DNA of 63,780 nucleotides, counting the filler, from Reticulomyxa filosa (lineage: Eukaryota; Protista; Foraminifera): assembly GCA_000512085.1 (NCBI GenBank). It is 20 parts of 20 records of this genome, joined end to end, with 100 filler letters (N's around TTAATTAATTAA, not from the genome) between each part and the next. Parts side by side here need not be neighbours in the genome. Positions count along the whole stretch, not along the records: positions 46,078 to 48,794 come from ASPP01002607.1; positions 48,895 to 53,668 come from ASPP01038878.1; positions 53,769 to 63,780 come from ASPP01041266.1; 17 more parts are not named here. One strand, 5' to 3'. The position numbers were made by a program, and so were the translations under genes. The notes under the pieces were generated by a model. That model had not been told where the DNA came from and did not search any database. It was given only the letters and a program-made list of their open reading frames with translations. This document shows, one piece after another, positions 48,449 to 61,058 of the stretch (within the stretch, counting starts at the first letter, position 1; every line of letters starts with the position of its first letter).

Positions 48449-51400
48449 TCGTAAGGTTTTAAGTGGTACCACTCTGCACAATCGTTGCAGTGATTATCGA
48501 GGTGTATTAATGGAAAAAAATACAGCATTTAATTTGTCCTTTGCACATGCATGGAAAAATTATACAAATAACATGCGCATGGCTGAGAATCAACGTAACT
48601 ATTCTGGTAATCATTCGCAAATGTATCAAAATAATATGGCCAATTCTTATTGGAATGAATATGGGAACAAAAGATAAGTATAAGTTCAAAAAGAGAAACA
48701 AATCTAGCTGATCACCAGAAGATGGCATGTATTAATTGTTGCCATTTGGAATGTCAACAACGCACAATACAAAAAGTGCTCCATTTTTTTTAAANNNNNN
48801 NNNNNNNNNNNNNNNNNNNNNNNNNNNNNNNNNNNNNNTTAATTAATTAANNNNNNNNNNNNNNNNNNNNNNNNNNNNNNNNNNNNNNNNNNNNATTTAT
48901 TATATAAAAGATTATAATAAAATAACAGATTGACAAATTAACGATTGTCGTAAAAAAAATATATCATGTCTTTGGTTTCCATACAGCAGATTGTACAATA
49001 ACAAATTTGCTACATTTTTTCATGTATTGCGAGTTGCTAAGATAATAACATTATTAAAAGTAAAAACATCACATTTTCATACCATAAAATAAAATTGTTG
49101 TATTTTGCAAACACGCAATCTTTCAATGGGACACAAAAAGAAAAAAGCAACATTTTGTTGACAGTCAAACGAATCAGTTTGTAGAGAGATGCAAGAAAGA
49201 GTTCACCTAAATTAAACGTATAAGAAAATTGAGAATAAAGAGAATGAATGTTTGATGAGTTGAGTTATTACAACTCTGGAGTCAGTTATGACTCATGTAT
49301 CACTACAATATCTTTGTCAATATGTTTAATGGTGATAGTTTTAGCTGGAGATTGTGATATTAGAATCATGAAATATGCCAAAAACTATTTCCTCTGTGAG
49401 CTAAAAATTGTTTTTCCTAGTACGTTCGTGTAACATGTCAACATATCAATATGATTCATTTGTTTTATTGACAATAAACACAAAACAAATCAAAATTGTG
49501 AAATTATTGAGTCAAATTCAAGATGAGAAAATTAAAAGCAACGAAATAATTTTTTAAATTACAAATATGATAATGATTTTTTTAAAAAGTGATAAATGTG
49601 TAATTTTTCGGGATCACCCCATATATGTTTATATTTCAAAAAATTTAATTTATTGTTGTTGATGTAGAGAAAACTGTTGCCTGAATCAAGAGAATTCTAT
49701 TTTATATGTTTATTTTTTTTCATTTTTTTTTCGATTGATGTATATATAGACGAAATGAACGTATATATCTTATGATCTTATGTAGTGATATTTTTTATTT
49801 TGAATAAGGAAAAAAGTTTTTTAATGAGTTGCGACATAACAAATTAGACAAGTAATGTAATATCAAAACATCAAAACTTACTAGAAATTCATTGAAATAC
49901 ATTGAATTTCCAGCACATATTATTCTCAGTTTGTATAATGATGATTAATGACTCTTTGATTTGTTTGAACTATTTCTATTAGTCGTTCAAATTATTTTTT
50001 CGAACATGATCATTTACAAAACTTTTTGCAATAATTGAATCAAGTAACGTTTCTGGATTTGGACAACCTTAAATGTATTGTTTCTCTTCAAAACTTATTG
50101 TAGAACCTTTGGTGATGAACAAAGTAGTTCATGTGAATTTCAAAGTTTCTTCATTAACTAATAAATTGACAACAACAGCTTTATGTTGATTGATCATTGC
50201 TAGCCTTTTTTGGGTGTACATGATTTGCCCAAAACCAATCTCAAACGTTTTTTATATCTCAATTTCCATTCCTCTTTTGAAACAAGCATTTTCTTCATTT
50301 GTATATTTCAAGTTTACTTTCATACAATAATACAACAAATTGCAAAAACTAGCATACATTTTATGATTGATATCATGCATGTATACATAACCCTTTTGAA
50401 CCAAAGCAAACTCAAGCAATTATACTGCATTTATCAAAGATAGGTCTTTTAATTTTGACACTATCTCATTTTCAAAAGTATTTGATTCAATAACTACGAC
50501 ACAAGTTAATCTTTATTTCATCTAAAAAGATAACGGTTTTATAATATACTATTCGATGCTTGTACCTGTTTATAAATTCAAAACTCATATTGATATGACT
50601 ATCTTCCAAGTTTAATTTTTTCCTCTAATGCAATGCAATTAAGCTATTTCAAAAAGTTAAATTTTAAAATGACACTAAAAATTACGATAAAAAAACAACT
50701 GAACAAATCAAACACCTAAAAAAAATTTTTTATGTTCAGACTACAAAATTTATATATTTTTTAAAATTATGTTTAAATGTTTATTTTTCATGGAAAAAAT
50801 CAATTCTCTTCATAAGGATGCCATTTAGATATGCCAATTTTACTGTAACAAGTACACAATTTTCACGATATAAATTTGAGAAATTTCATTTGAAAGGAAG
50901 AGCCTAAAATAACTCAGTGATTTTTTTTCTCAAATCTTTTTTTGATGTAATCAAATAATGTTTTCTTCTTTTATTGAAATGTGACTCATGAACCTCTTAA
51001 ACGATTCAGAATGTTGATACTCTGGCTGTCGTATTGGTGTTATTCTTCCTTTCTCCCTACTTTAAGCAAAACTGATTTATTCCAACAACAGCTTCTAAGT
51101 ACTTTGTTGGATGTCTGAACGACAATGAGTAAATTATAAAATCAGTGGAAATTAAAGGAAGAGTTTTTTTTAATATTGTCACGAGGAAGCATTTACTTAT
51201 AACACGCTCAAAATATTATGCTATTATTATCGAAATAATAATCTTCAGATTTGACTAGCTTTGTACTGTGCAAAATACTTTTCAATATCTCATTCTTTTT
51301 CTATTAAACTTATTTTATGTAATTTGCTCTAAAGATATGAAATTTTTTATACTTTTTTCAATAAGTAAGCGAATGTGATGTATTGCGTAATATAACAGCT

Positions 51401-51524
51401 TCGAATTGTAGTACAACAAAATTAAGTGTCTTAAACCGTTACAAGAGGTTCAAGAAAAGTGTTCCACTCAGACAAATAACTTTTATTCCTTTTTATTTTG
51501 TTGTAAAGAAGACAAAAGCTAACC

Positions 51525-52332
51525 ATGTCAAGAGAAGAAAGAAAAAATGAAATTCCGTGTTCAACTCACGTGGTGGAATCCACAATCTTGAATGCAGGAA
51601 TTGATAAAGTTTGGGCGTTGATTCGTGACTGCTCCTTTTCTTTTTCCTCTATTGTTTCCAGCACCAAAGTCGAGAGTAGTGGTCCACGTTAGTGCAGTTT
51701 TTGTTGCTTTTTTTTTTCTTGCTATTTTTCAATGTATAAGTGATGTTGATGTTTTAACAGTCGGAGGCCTACGTGTTGTCAAGTTCAAGGACGGTTAAGT
51801 TTCTATTTTTTGATTTTTTTTTTTTGTGCAATTCTCTTCATTGTACGTACATATGGAACGCCAGGAACGACCCAGAAACTGGAGGTGAACGCAATTTCAG
51901 AGCTGGATCATGTTATAACGTATTCAATGGTTGCAAGTGAGCCAAGGCATGTGTGATGTCTACTTCTGTGTTGGTACATCCAACCCATTTAATAAACACT
52001 CTCGATGAAACAGTGTGAAGTATTCCAGCGTGACTCACAAAATCAAGTTGTATCCGGTAACCGTACCCGTTGGGGGATCTAAGTTGTGTACTCTACAAAA
52101 GCTGTTATGCCAAAAAAAAATAAAAAAATTGCACAAAATTCCCTCCAAAGCAAGGGGGACAGAAAACAGTAATCAAAACTTTTACAAAAAAAATCATAAA
52201 AAAAATAGAGCCCAAACGTTTATTCACTGGACAACAGACTTTAGCAATGACGCCAAAGTCGATGTCATCGAAGATAGTCGCTTCAAAAAACATGAGGCCT
52301 TTGAGGACCTGGTCAAGGCCTTAAAAAATTGA
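51525..52332 (+). CDS. SRPBCC / Bet v1-like (polyketide cyclase 2) protein, 5 exons, apparently complete
   Basis: MSREERKNEIPCSTHVVESTILNAGIDKVWALIRD...GGLRVVKFKDGTTQKLEV..ISELDHVITYS...HKIKLYPVT...TFIHWTTDFSNDA...KALKN*. Confidence 0.85.
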
Positions 52333-53110
52333 TTGCATGAGTGTTTAAAAAAAAAAAGAAAAAATTTTGCTTTTTTTTGTAGGTATCAAGTGTTTGTCTT
52401 GCATTGTTTCTCCATCCTAATTTTTGCACTGTTACATCAGTACTTAATTGTAAGTCAAAAATCTAGTTTGTGTATTTTTAAATGTTCAGCACAATAAATT
52501 TTTTTCGTACTCCTCACTTTTCAAATATTTGTCTATGTCAACAAAAAAAGCAATTACAAATGTGCACTTTGCGCAAGTGACATGAGTGATGACGCTTTTT
52601 CGTATTTGTTGTTATTACATGAACAAGTTGTGTTTATTTATTTTAAAAATAGAATAACGAAGAATTTACCAAAGTATGTCCTGTGCTAATCTTCAAAACT
52701 CTGGCGATTTTACACAGTTTTATCAAAATTGAACCAAAATGATTCAAAAGCTATTAAAAACACAATAAACATCTCAAAACTTAACAATTTCGGGAGTGTA
52801 TTTGTTATTCTTTTTGAAGAGTAGGTTTTAAACTGTTATTTCATTTGAGACAATGTTTCGTGATTATAAAAAAAGAAACATGTTTTGCCGAACAGCCAAA
52901 TGTTGATATATCGTTTGGTGAAATGAGCGAATAACACTTAATAAATTATTTGTCCTTGATAACTTTGAGCAATGGACAAAAGCCGATTTAAATGATAAAG
53001 CTTTGCAAGAGGTCGTGTCTAGCAAGCGAGCCTTCTAAGACTGTAAAAAAAAATCGCAAAGTTTTTTTTTTGTTCATTGTTTGCTTGGCGTTCTTTTTTT
53101 GAAGAAAATC

Positions 53111-53609
53111 ATGTATTCTCGTCTTGGTGCGCGAATTTTATTAACCGGTGCTTTCCGTGGGCAAGCCAGATTGCCTACTCGTACCTTTTTCACAAATTCA
53201 AGAAACTACAGGAGTTACTTCAGACCAAAGGTCACAACCCCAGTCACTTTTGCTCTGTTTGGCTGGCTTTTTGGCACCTCTGTAAACTATGACTCAATCA
53301 GGTACTTTTATTTATGTTGTATGAAGACGTTTTCACTTCCAAAACGAGCATTGCGTAACCTGGTCTGAATTGGCTATAATATCAATACAGAAAAGATGTT
53401 GAGGCAATATTGGATGACTTGAACCACGACGATGGTGTGAAACTAAAATACTTTTCCCCTTAATAAGACATTTATTTATCTTTTTGTTTTGGTTTTTTTT
53501 TTTTTCTCACAGGTTCTTGGGGACCGATCTTTGTTCGCTTGGCTTGGCACGCCTCGGGCACCTATGACAAGAAAGACAAAACCGGTGGTTCAAATGGTGC
53601 CACAATGAG
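53111..53609 (+). CDS. CCP1: Mitochondrial cytochrome c peroxidase (class I heme peroxidase), 5' part
   Basis: Arg-rich, acid-free presequence [27 protein letters not shown]; then NYDSIR|KDVEAIL...DDG|[30 protein letters not shown] (distal R-x-x-W-H motif). Confidence 0.92.
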
Positions 53610-53768
53610 GTAAAAAAAAATGAACTTTTTTTTTTTTTATCTTGCCCCTTGTTTTTTTTTTTTTTTTTNNNNNNNNNNNNNNNNNNNNNNNNNNNNNNNN
53701 NNNNNNNNNNNNTTAATTAATTAANNNNNNNNNNNNNNNNNNNNNNNNNNNNNNNNNNNNNNNNNNNN

Positions 53769-54351
53769 TTTTTTTTTTCCTTGTCAATTTAACTTTGCGA
53801 ATCACATCACAGTGCAATGAATTGCTTGGGTGCTGCTTTCGACATGGTACACGTTTTTGTTTGTTTGGTCATTTTTATGTCGGCTTTTTGCCGCTTTATG
53901 ATTTACCAATTTGCAATACTTACATATTTTGCTCTTTTTTGGACATTCACGAACAATATGGTTCAATCTGTAGCATTTCCTGCATTGCTTGAAATGCGAT
54001 TTTGTTCTTGATTTGCCTTTGTCGAATGGTTCCACTTTCACCATTGAATATCCAATCTGAATATCATTGTCTTTCAATATCTTGACAACATCCTCAGTCT
54101 TGGATGACAATTGGCATCTTATGGAATCGTTTAACTTCTTGTTTGATATCCATAATCTTCCAACTCCTTAATTTCGCACTCGCTTTCGCGAGTTGACACT
54201 CCTCGAAGCAGGACATATCTATTCATTTCAGTATTAGTCACTGCTTCTTCACGCTTTTTCTTTTGTTCAACAGCGAATGTCTTTCGATAAATGTCACATC
54301 TTGGCTGTCTTAAAATATATTTACATCTTGGTTATCTTTTTGTTCCATTTG
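53769..54351 (-). mobile_element. Decayed non-LTR retrotransposon ORF1 (gag-like zinc knuckles), copy A
   Basis: IQIGYSMVKVEPF...KQCRKCYRLNHIVRECPKKSKICKYCKLVNHKAAK: tandem CCHC knuckles as in I/Jockey-type ORF1. Confidence 0.75.
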
Positions 54352-54399
54352 TCAGCAACTGAGTCAGCTTGCTCATAATTTCAATGATTCTAAAAATGT

Positions 54400-55340
54400 G
54401 CAAATTGAACAAAAAGATAACAGCAACGATAATCAAAGAATTGTAAAGCAGCCAAGATGTGATATTTATCGTAAGACATTTGCTCTAACAAAAGAAAAAA
54501 CGAGAAGAAGCAGTGATAAATCCCGAAATTAATAGTTATGTCCTGCTTCGAGGTGTGTCAATTCACGAAAGTGAAAATGAAATTAAATAAACATTGGAGA
54601 TTATGAATATCAAATACAAGATGTGAAACCATTCCATAAAATGCAGATTGTCAAAGTAATGTTATCCAATTCAAGTAATGTCGTTAAGATATTGAAAGAC
54701 AATGACATTCGTTGGATATTCAATGGTGAAGGTAGAGCCGTTTGATAAAAATAAATTCAGACCAAAATCGTATTTCAAGCAATGCAGAAACTGCTACAGA
54801 TTGAACCACATTGCTCGTGAATGTCCAAAGAAACGCAAAGTATGTAAATATTGCGGATTGGCAAATTACCAAGCAGCTAAATGTTGAAATAAGAACGACC
54901 CAAGAAAACACAAATGTGTTCTCTGTCGTAAGCAACATCCAAGTGATTCAGTGCAATGTAAAGTGATTTGCAAAGCAAGAGAAAAACTTGGTATTAAATT
55001 AACGATGAAGTAAGATGCATCCTGAAGAAAAAAGCATCTCTAACTATTTTTATCAAATCAAATGTGCAGAAGCAAGCAAAGGTTACTCTTATACTGATAC
55101 TGCTAAAAGTCAAAGGTCAAATGGTAATGAAAATAATGATCTTCGAACATCAAAGAAAAGGACAAATAGAAAGAAGAATAAAAGAAAGATCAATAACGAT
55201 CAAAAACAGTAAAATAAAAAATCAGATGCTGATGAAATCTTATCGCTAAAACGTAAATTAGCAAAGATGAAATCGACATTCCAGCAATTACAATCCTTAT
55301 TTCAATCAATTAATCCAACATTGATGCATATGGATCATTA
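54400..55340 (+). mobile_element. Decayed non-LTR retrotransposon ORF1, copy B (inverted relative to copy A)
   Basis: YVLLRGV...VGYSMVKVEPF...KQCRNCYRLNHIARECPKKRKVCKYCGLANYQAAKC*...KCVLCRKQHPSDSVQC. Stops and frameshifts. Confidence 0.78.
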
Positions 55341-55969
55341 ACATCAACTGCAAAGTGAACAAATAATGTCCTGAAATTTCCAGAAAATGCATATGCCAAT
55401 ACTTTTCTAGACAATACATTCATGTTCTTCAATCCAAGTAACTTAATTACTGCTGTCGCCGATTTGAGTTCTCTGGATTTGATATTTGTGACAACAATCG
55501 TTAGATTGTTTGAACACATAAATTGCCGTCGCACTTTCATATTCTTTTCCCACACATTTTCAAATATCACTTCTTCAATAGCTTCAATTCTCATTGGCAT
55601 TGACTAAACTATAGCTTGACATAGTTTAGTGTCAATTTTTTTCCATATTCCAATTTTCCCAAAGTTCTTACTGTATTAGAAATTTCTTTCTTATTTCTTG
55701 GTCTTTACGAAAGCTTTCTGCGACGAAATCGTTCTTAATACATGATGTTATTTTTCTTCAAAACTTAACATATATTGAAGTATCTAGTCACTTAACTTAA
55801 ATCTATCAAAATACAACTTTTTAACAAAAGTTAATATTAATGATTAATGGTCTTAATTATTAACACAATGCCAAACATGATTCTAATCTTGCACAACAAA
55901 TCAGAATTATCATTACGAATGATTGAATCGATTTATTCATTTAATATCAATTCAGTGACATATGACCTA

Positions 55970-56720
55970 TTGTTATATTTGTGGATTGTGTTACATTACA
56001 AAATTCAGGTTTTGGTGGAATTAGAATTGTAGATCCATCCTTTCCTGAATGGATTAATATCGAACATACACTAAATGTAATACTTACAAACGTCAGGTGC
56101 AAAATTGAATGGATGAAAAAAGCTCTAAATTATGTAACTACATACTACAAGTGCAAGAAAGAGTGATTATTTTAAGTGACTACAAATTTGTAGTAAGTGC
56201 AACATTGAACAAAGTGCACCAGAAACATACTACCATCAAATAAAAGAATGTCAGTATATTTTGTACTTACATGAAAAGATTATTCCCTAAATATCTTGGA
56301 CCAAGGGACACTCAAATATTACAGGAAATGAAAAAGCAGACAAACTAGCAAAGCGATCAAGAAAGAGAGCAGAAATACAGCAACAAGGATTATTTTAGAG
56401 TTAAAAAAAGAACACAATGTTACTGAACATGGCTCTCTTTTTCCCAACAGAATGGAATATACATTGGGTAAATGAAAGAACCGAGATAATATGTCATCAA
56501 CACCAAAACAATTTTTTCCTAATCTAGTCGAAGCACATTCATTTGAAAAGACTGCGTTACACTGACTCAAAAATCAAGGTGTTGATGCCATAGTTGAAAC
56601 CAAATGAAATCAATTAAAAAAAATTGATAATTTGTTCACGTATATGATACCGGAAGTCAGAGTCAAAGTCGTACAAGCACTTGTCAAATTTGTCATTGAA
56701 ACAAATAGAAATATTTAAAT
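55970..56720 (+). mobile_element. Decayed retroelement RNase H region
   Basis: IFVD...NSGFGGIRI (eroded YTDGS...GG.G); IILSD; WTKGHSNITGNEKADKLAKR at 56297-56356, the canonical RNase H C-terminal motif. Confidence 0.8.
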
Positions 56721-57937
56721 ATTGAGTCAACACTAATAAACATTGTTTTTCTTTCTTGTTTTCCAGCAAATTTCCAAATTTTTTTTTAAAGTGTGTCAGA
56801 GACGAAGACTAGTTATCTCTTTATTTGTTAAGTGCTATGCCCGTTTGGACGGGTACATAAACTTGCAGTTTAAGCATAGTGGTTGTCTAAAGTGTAGTGC
56901 AAATTGACAATACAGAAGTCAAACTGCATACACACCCATACGTTGCAAGTGAAAATATATTTTCTATTGTTGAAGTCTGTACAAAGATGTAACGAAGGTT
57001 AATGTCTAAAATAGTTTTATGAATATAATGATTTTCTCTATGAAAACAAGCATTTCATTTTAGTTGTCACAACCTAATAATGTATTTGAATGTTTTTAGA
57101 TTTTGTTACTTTTTTAAAAATTTTTTGTTTGGATGTTATTGTCCCTTCGAAGCTACGTTTTCGCAGATTTTTTAGAATTTTTTGATAACATCTTTAAAAA
57201 TTACTTACACTAACATTGTATTGCTATAACAGTCTGAATTTACGTTTTATTTTGCCTTTAATAAAATAAAAAATATTGACATAAAATGGGCATAATAGGT
57301 AATTTTATTCATGAAAATTAACATCAATTATCTTTATCATGTACCATTTTAATTTTACTGTAATATACAATTGCGTTGAGATTTAGATTGATAAACAATG
57401 ATACTCATAAGCCAACTCTCTGATCAACAAGACATTGTTGCAAAGGGAAATAATGCTTTGAAAAGAACGGAAGTGTCTTAATTCTCTTAATGGCATAAAA
57501 TATTTTTACGTATTCACCATTCTCAATGATTCCGATTTTTTTTTTAGAAGCGCTCTAAATTTTTGAAATGATGGTCTTGTGAAAAACTGATAAAAGTTGC
57601 TGTCATCAAAATTAATTTTGCTTAAAAAAAATTGAAACAATTAATATATGTTGATATTTCTCATATTTGCTCCAGGGAAGTGGTTATTGCTTCGTGTGGT
57701 GTGTCTGCAAGGGAAGAAAAATATCTAAACAAAACCTTTTAGAAATCTAATAATAACACATCCTTGGCACATTTGCAAATACCAAACTTAATATTTAGAA
57801 CATTTAGTTATTGCAATATCTTTTGTTTTTTGTTAATATGTGCAAATGTGAAATTTCACTTTTGGTGTGTTGGTCTTTTTTTCCTCTGACAAATCCTTTA
57901 AAAAACCAAGAAGTTTTCCATCAACCAACTAAAAAAA

Positions 57938-60900
57938 ATGAATAATAAATCAAGAACTTACCATCGTGAAATTCAACAAGACGGCGGAAGTGTGAAAGGT
58001 GAAATGAGCAATTTCGAATTAGCAAGCAATAGGATTTTTGCTCCGCCTGTTCCATTAGGAGTTGAATTACCGAAAAGTGCCGAAGAGCAAGGACAGCAGC
58101 GTCCAATTGGAATGTCCATGGGCGTGAATATGGGAATGGCTATTAATATGAATATGAACCCAGGCGTGAATATGAATCCAGGAATGGACATGAATCCAGG
58201 AATAAACATGAATCCAGGAATGAACATGAATCCAGGAATGAACCTAGCCAATCAACAATTACTACTTTCTCAAGTTAGAAATGTACCCACAAACTAATGA
58301 ATTACCAAACAAACTCAACTTTCGCATGTGTTTTTTTTTAATACACTGACCCCGTTCAGATGTACCAACAAATGAAACAAATGGTAATGAAGAAAACGTA
58401 GACAAAATGGACAAACAAAATACATAAATAAAGATTTACAATACTTTTTTTCAAATAAAAAATTATTTGCCAAAAAAAAAAAAGATGAAACAACAAAGAC
58501 GATTGCAAACCGAAACGGAAGAAAATGCCTATATTGCAAGGTCTGAAAAACATACATGTTTCACAATTAGTTTTTCAAATTGTTTTGCACAAATGGTCGT
58601 TTTTGTATTAAGCCAAAAGTAAAGGGTTGCTTTGGGCGATTTTTTTTTATCTTTATGTTGCGAAACGGGGGGTGGGTGGGAAACTAGCTTGAATAGAGAA
58701 GAGTGCTTAGAGGAGTTGAAAAAGACAGAAGGGCAGTTACACTACTGGAAAAAGCAACAAAAAAAATGGTCGAAACGACGACAGCAACATCAAGTGCAAT
58801 ATCATCAACATCAGCAACATCAAGTGCAATATCATCAACATCAGCAATACCCAGCTCATCAACAAATAAACAATGAAATAAACACCGAACAAAAATCGGA
58901 GACACCAACGTCTTTACATTTGGAACCCATGTCAGCCGATACTGAAAAATCAAAGTTTTTTTCTTTTTTTTTTCCTTCCTTTCCCCCCCCCCACTTTCGT
59001 CCTCCTTTCTTCTTAAAAAGAAATAGTACGTATTTTTCAAGCTAAAGATTGTCGAAATTTTGGGGATGGAAACAAACAAAAAAAAGTATGGCAAATCAAA
59101 GGCGAGTTCCTAGACCCAGAGACCAAGCGCGAAGAATTAAACATGAGATAGTAATCAACGAAAAAACGGGAGCGAAAGAAGTATTTCGCATATGGAATTT
59201 TTACGTGCCGACCGAACGACCATTCTTAGGTCAAGGCACGTATGGCATTGTCATGTTACGTACAAATAAATATATACTACCAATGGCTCACTCTGCAAAG
59301 TGAGCCCTTTTTTAAACCTTTTTTTTGTTATGTATTTGGTTTACGACAGCCAAGCTCGTGACCATCGCTTTTTGCAAACCAAAGTTGCAATTAAAAAAAT
59401 CAAAAATGTGTTTGATAATTTGGGAGATGCCAAGCGTGTGTATCGTGAAATTCGTTTGCTGATCCACTTTAGACATGAAAATGTTCGTTTATATTTCTTT
59501 TTTTTTAATTTAGTGATAACATTAAATGTGTTTGGAATGGAATTGGGGGGGGACGCGATAGATCATCCCATTGATTGGAGTGGTACCACCAAACGAAAAT
59601 GAAATTGAGACATTTCAAGACGTGTATGTATTCTTTTTTTTTTGTCCCTCTCTTTTTCTTTTAGATTGCAATTATTGTTTATTTAACTCAAAACAGTTAC
59701 TACGTTATGCCAAAGGCAGACGGGACATTGAAGGACATGATCATGTACGGTGAGTACAGTGAAGAGCACGTAAGGCACTTTGCATATCAAATCGGTAAAG
59801 CTCTTAAATTTATTCACTCCGCTGGAGTGTTTCACCGTGACCTGGTTCGTTTTATCTATTGTCTTGTCTCAATAAAAGTGCACAAATTACACGTAGATAT
59901 AGACTATATATATATTTTTTGCACATGCATGATTTTTGCGAATAGAAACCAGAGAATATATTGGTGTGCCATAACAAAATTAAGGTATGTTTGGCTTTTT
60001 TTTTTTTTTGCAAAAAAAAAAGAGGGGTACGAGAGAGGGGGGAGACAAAATTGAACCAATTGTTTAGTTTGGAAACGGTTGTGTAGGTAACTGATTTTGG
60101 ATTGGCACGAACAATGGAAGGGTCGGATCGAACAGAATATGTGATGACACGACCGTATCGAGCGCCAGAAGTAATGCTATCCCCCAAACAATATGACTCT
60201 CCAGTTGATATGTGGGCGTTTGGTTGTGTTGTTGCAGAAATGATCACTCGTCAAGTGCTATTCAATGGAGAAAACTGTTAATGCATCTATCTTAGTTGAT
60301 TTTGTGCAATCCAATAGTAAACATTTGTATACTATATACACATATAATTTGTATATATTATAACGTGTCGAACATAATAGACTACAAAACATTGGAAATG
60401 CATTTTGAGTTGTTGGGTTGTCCACAATTGGAATGGATAACCCATACAGATGGGTTAGCTTGGGTGAAAGAAAAGAAATTCCATGAAAAAAAAGGCAAAC
60501 CATTTGCAGAACTATTTCCAACAGCCAGCAAAGAGGCGCAAGACTTTTTGAGTAAGCTGCTGATCATGGATCCAAATCAACGCATGGAGGCCAGTCAATC
60601 CTTGAAACATCCCTATTTCACGAGTATTCGCAAAAGAGAAACGGAGGTACTTGTCTTCTCTTTTGCATCCCATCTGCTTTAACAACCCCATGCATGCGTG
60701 GATACACGTATACAATATATGCACATACATATATGTTTGTATATAACAACAACAAAATTATCTTGATGTTATTGTTGTAGAGAAAGTGTGAAACGTTTGA
60801 ATTGAACGTTCCTGACAATGAATTTCAATTACGATGTTTTGTATTTAACTTTTCATATTTTATGCATACATATATATGTATATCTCAAGTATAGTGTATT

Positions 60901-61058
60901 AATTGAGTTTGTCTGTTCACTCATCAACCCCTGTAGATGCAATGTTTGAAACATTGAAGAATTTCCGTATTGGTGAACCTTTGGAGAGATCCCAAACCTC
61001 AGAAAGCGCGGCACAATCGTGTTATTACAAAACGGTTATTCCTCAACCCAACACTTAG
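57938..61058 (+). CDS. MAP kinase (TEY type) with long low-complexity N-terminal extension, about 13 exons, apparently complete
   Basis: GQGTYGIV; VAIKKI..VFDN..DAKR.YREIRLL.HFRHEN; [25 protein letters not shown]; DFGLAR...[13 protein letters not shown]; DMWAFGC; LKHPYF; stop TAG at 61056-61058. Upstream exons (57938-58273, 58360-58383, 58485-58540, 58697-58954) splice in frame via GT-AG. Confidence 0.93.
58150..58245 (+). repeat. Coding 18-bp tandem repeat encoding MNPG(M/V/I)(N/D), five units
   Basis: ATGAA(C/T)CCAGG recurs every 18 bp. Confidence 0.9.

Noticed and set aside
50000-50300. Minus-strand YKKRLRLVLGKS fragment resembling the region after a non-LTR RT domain
   Set aside because: Too short and degenerate to support.
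2302-53768. Regularly recurring TTAATTAATTAA palindrome flanked by Ns, as a possible repeat array or recombination site
   Set aside because: Identical 100-bp artificial linker with stops in all six frames; an assembly concatenation artefact.
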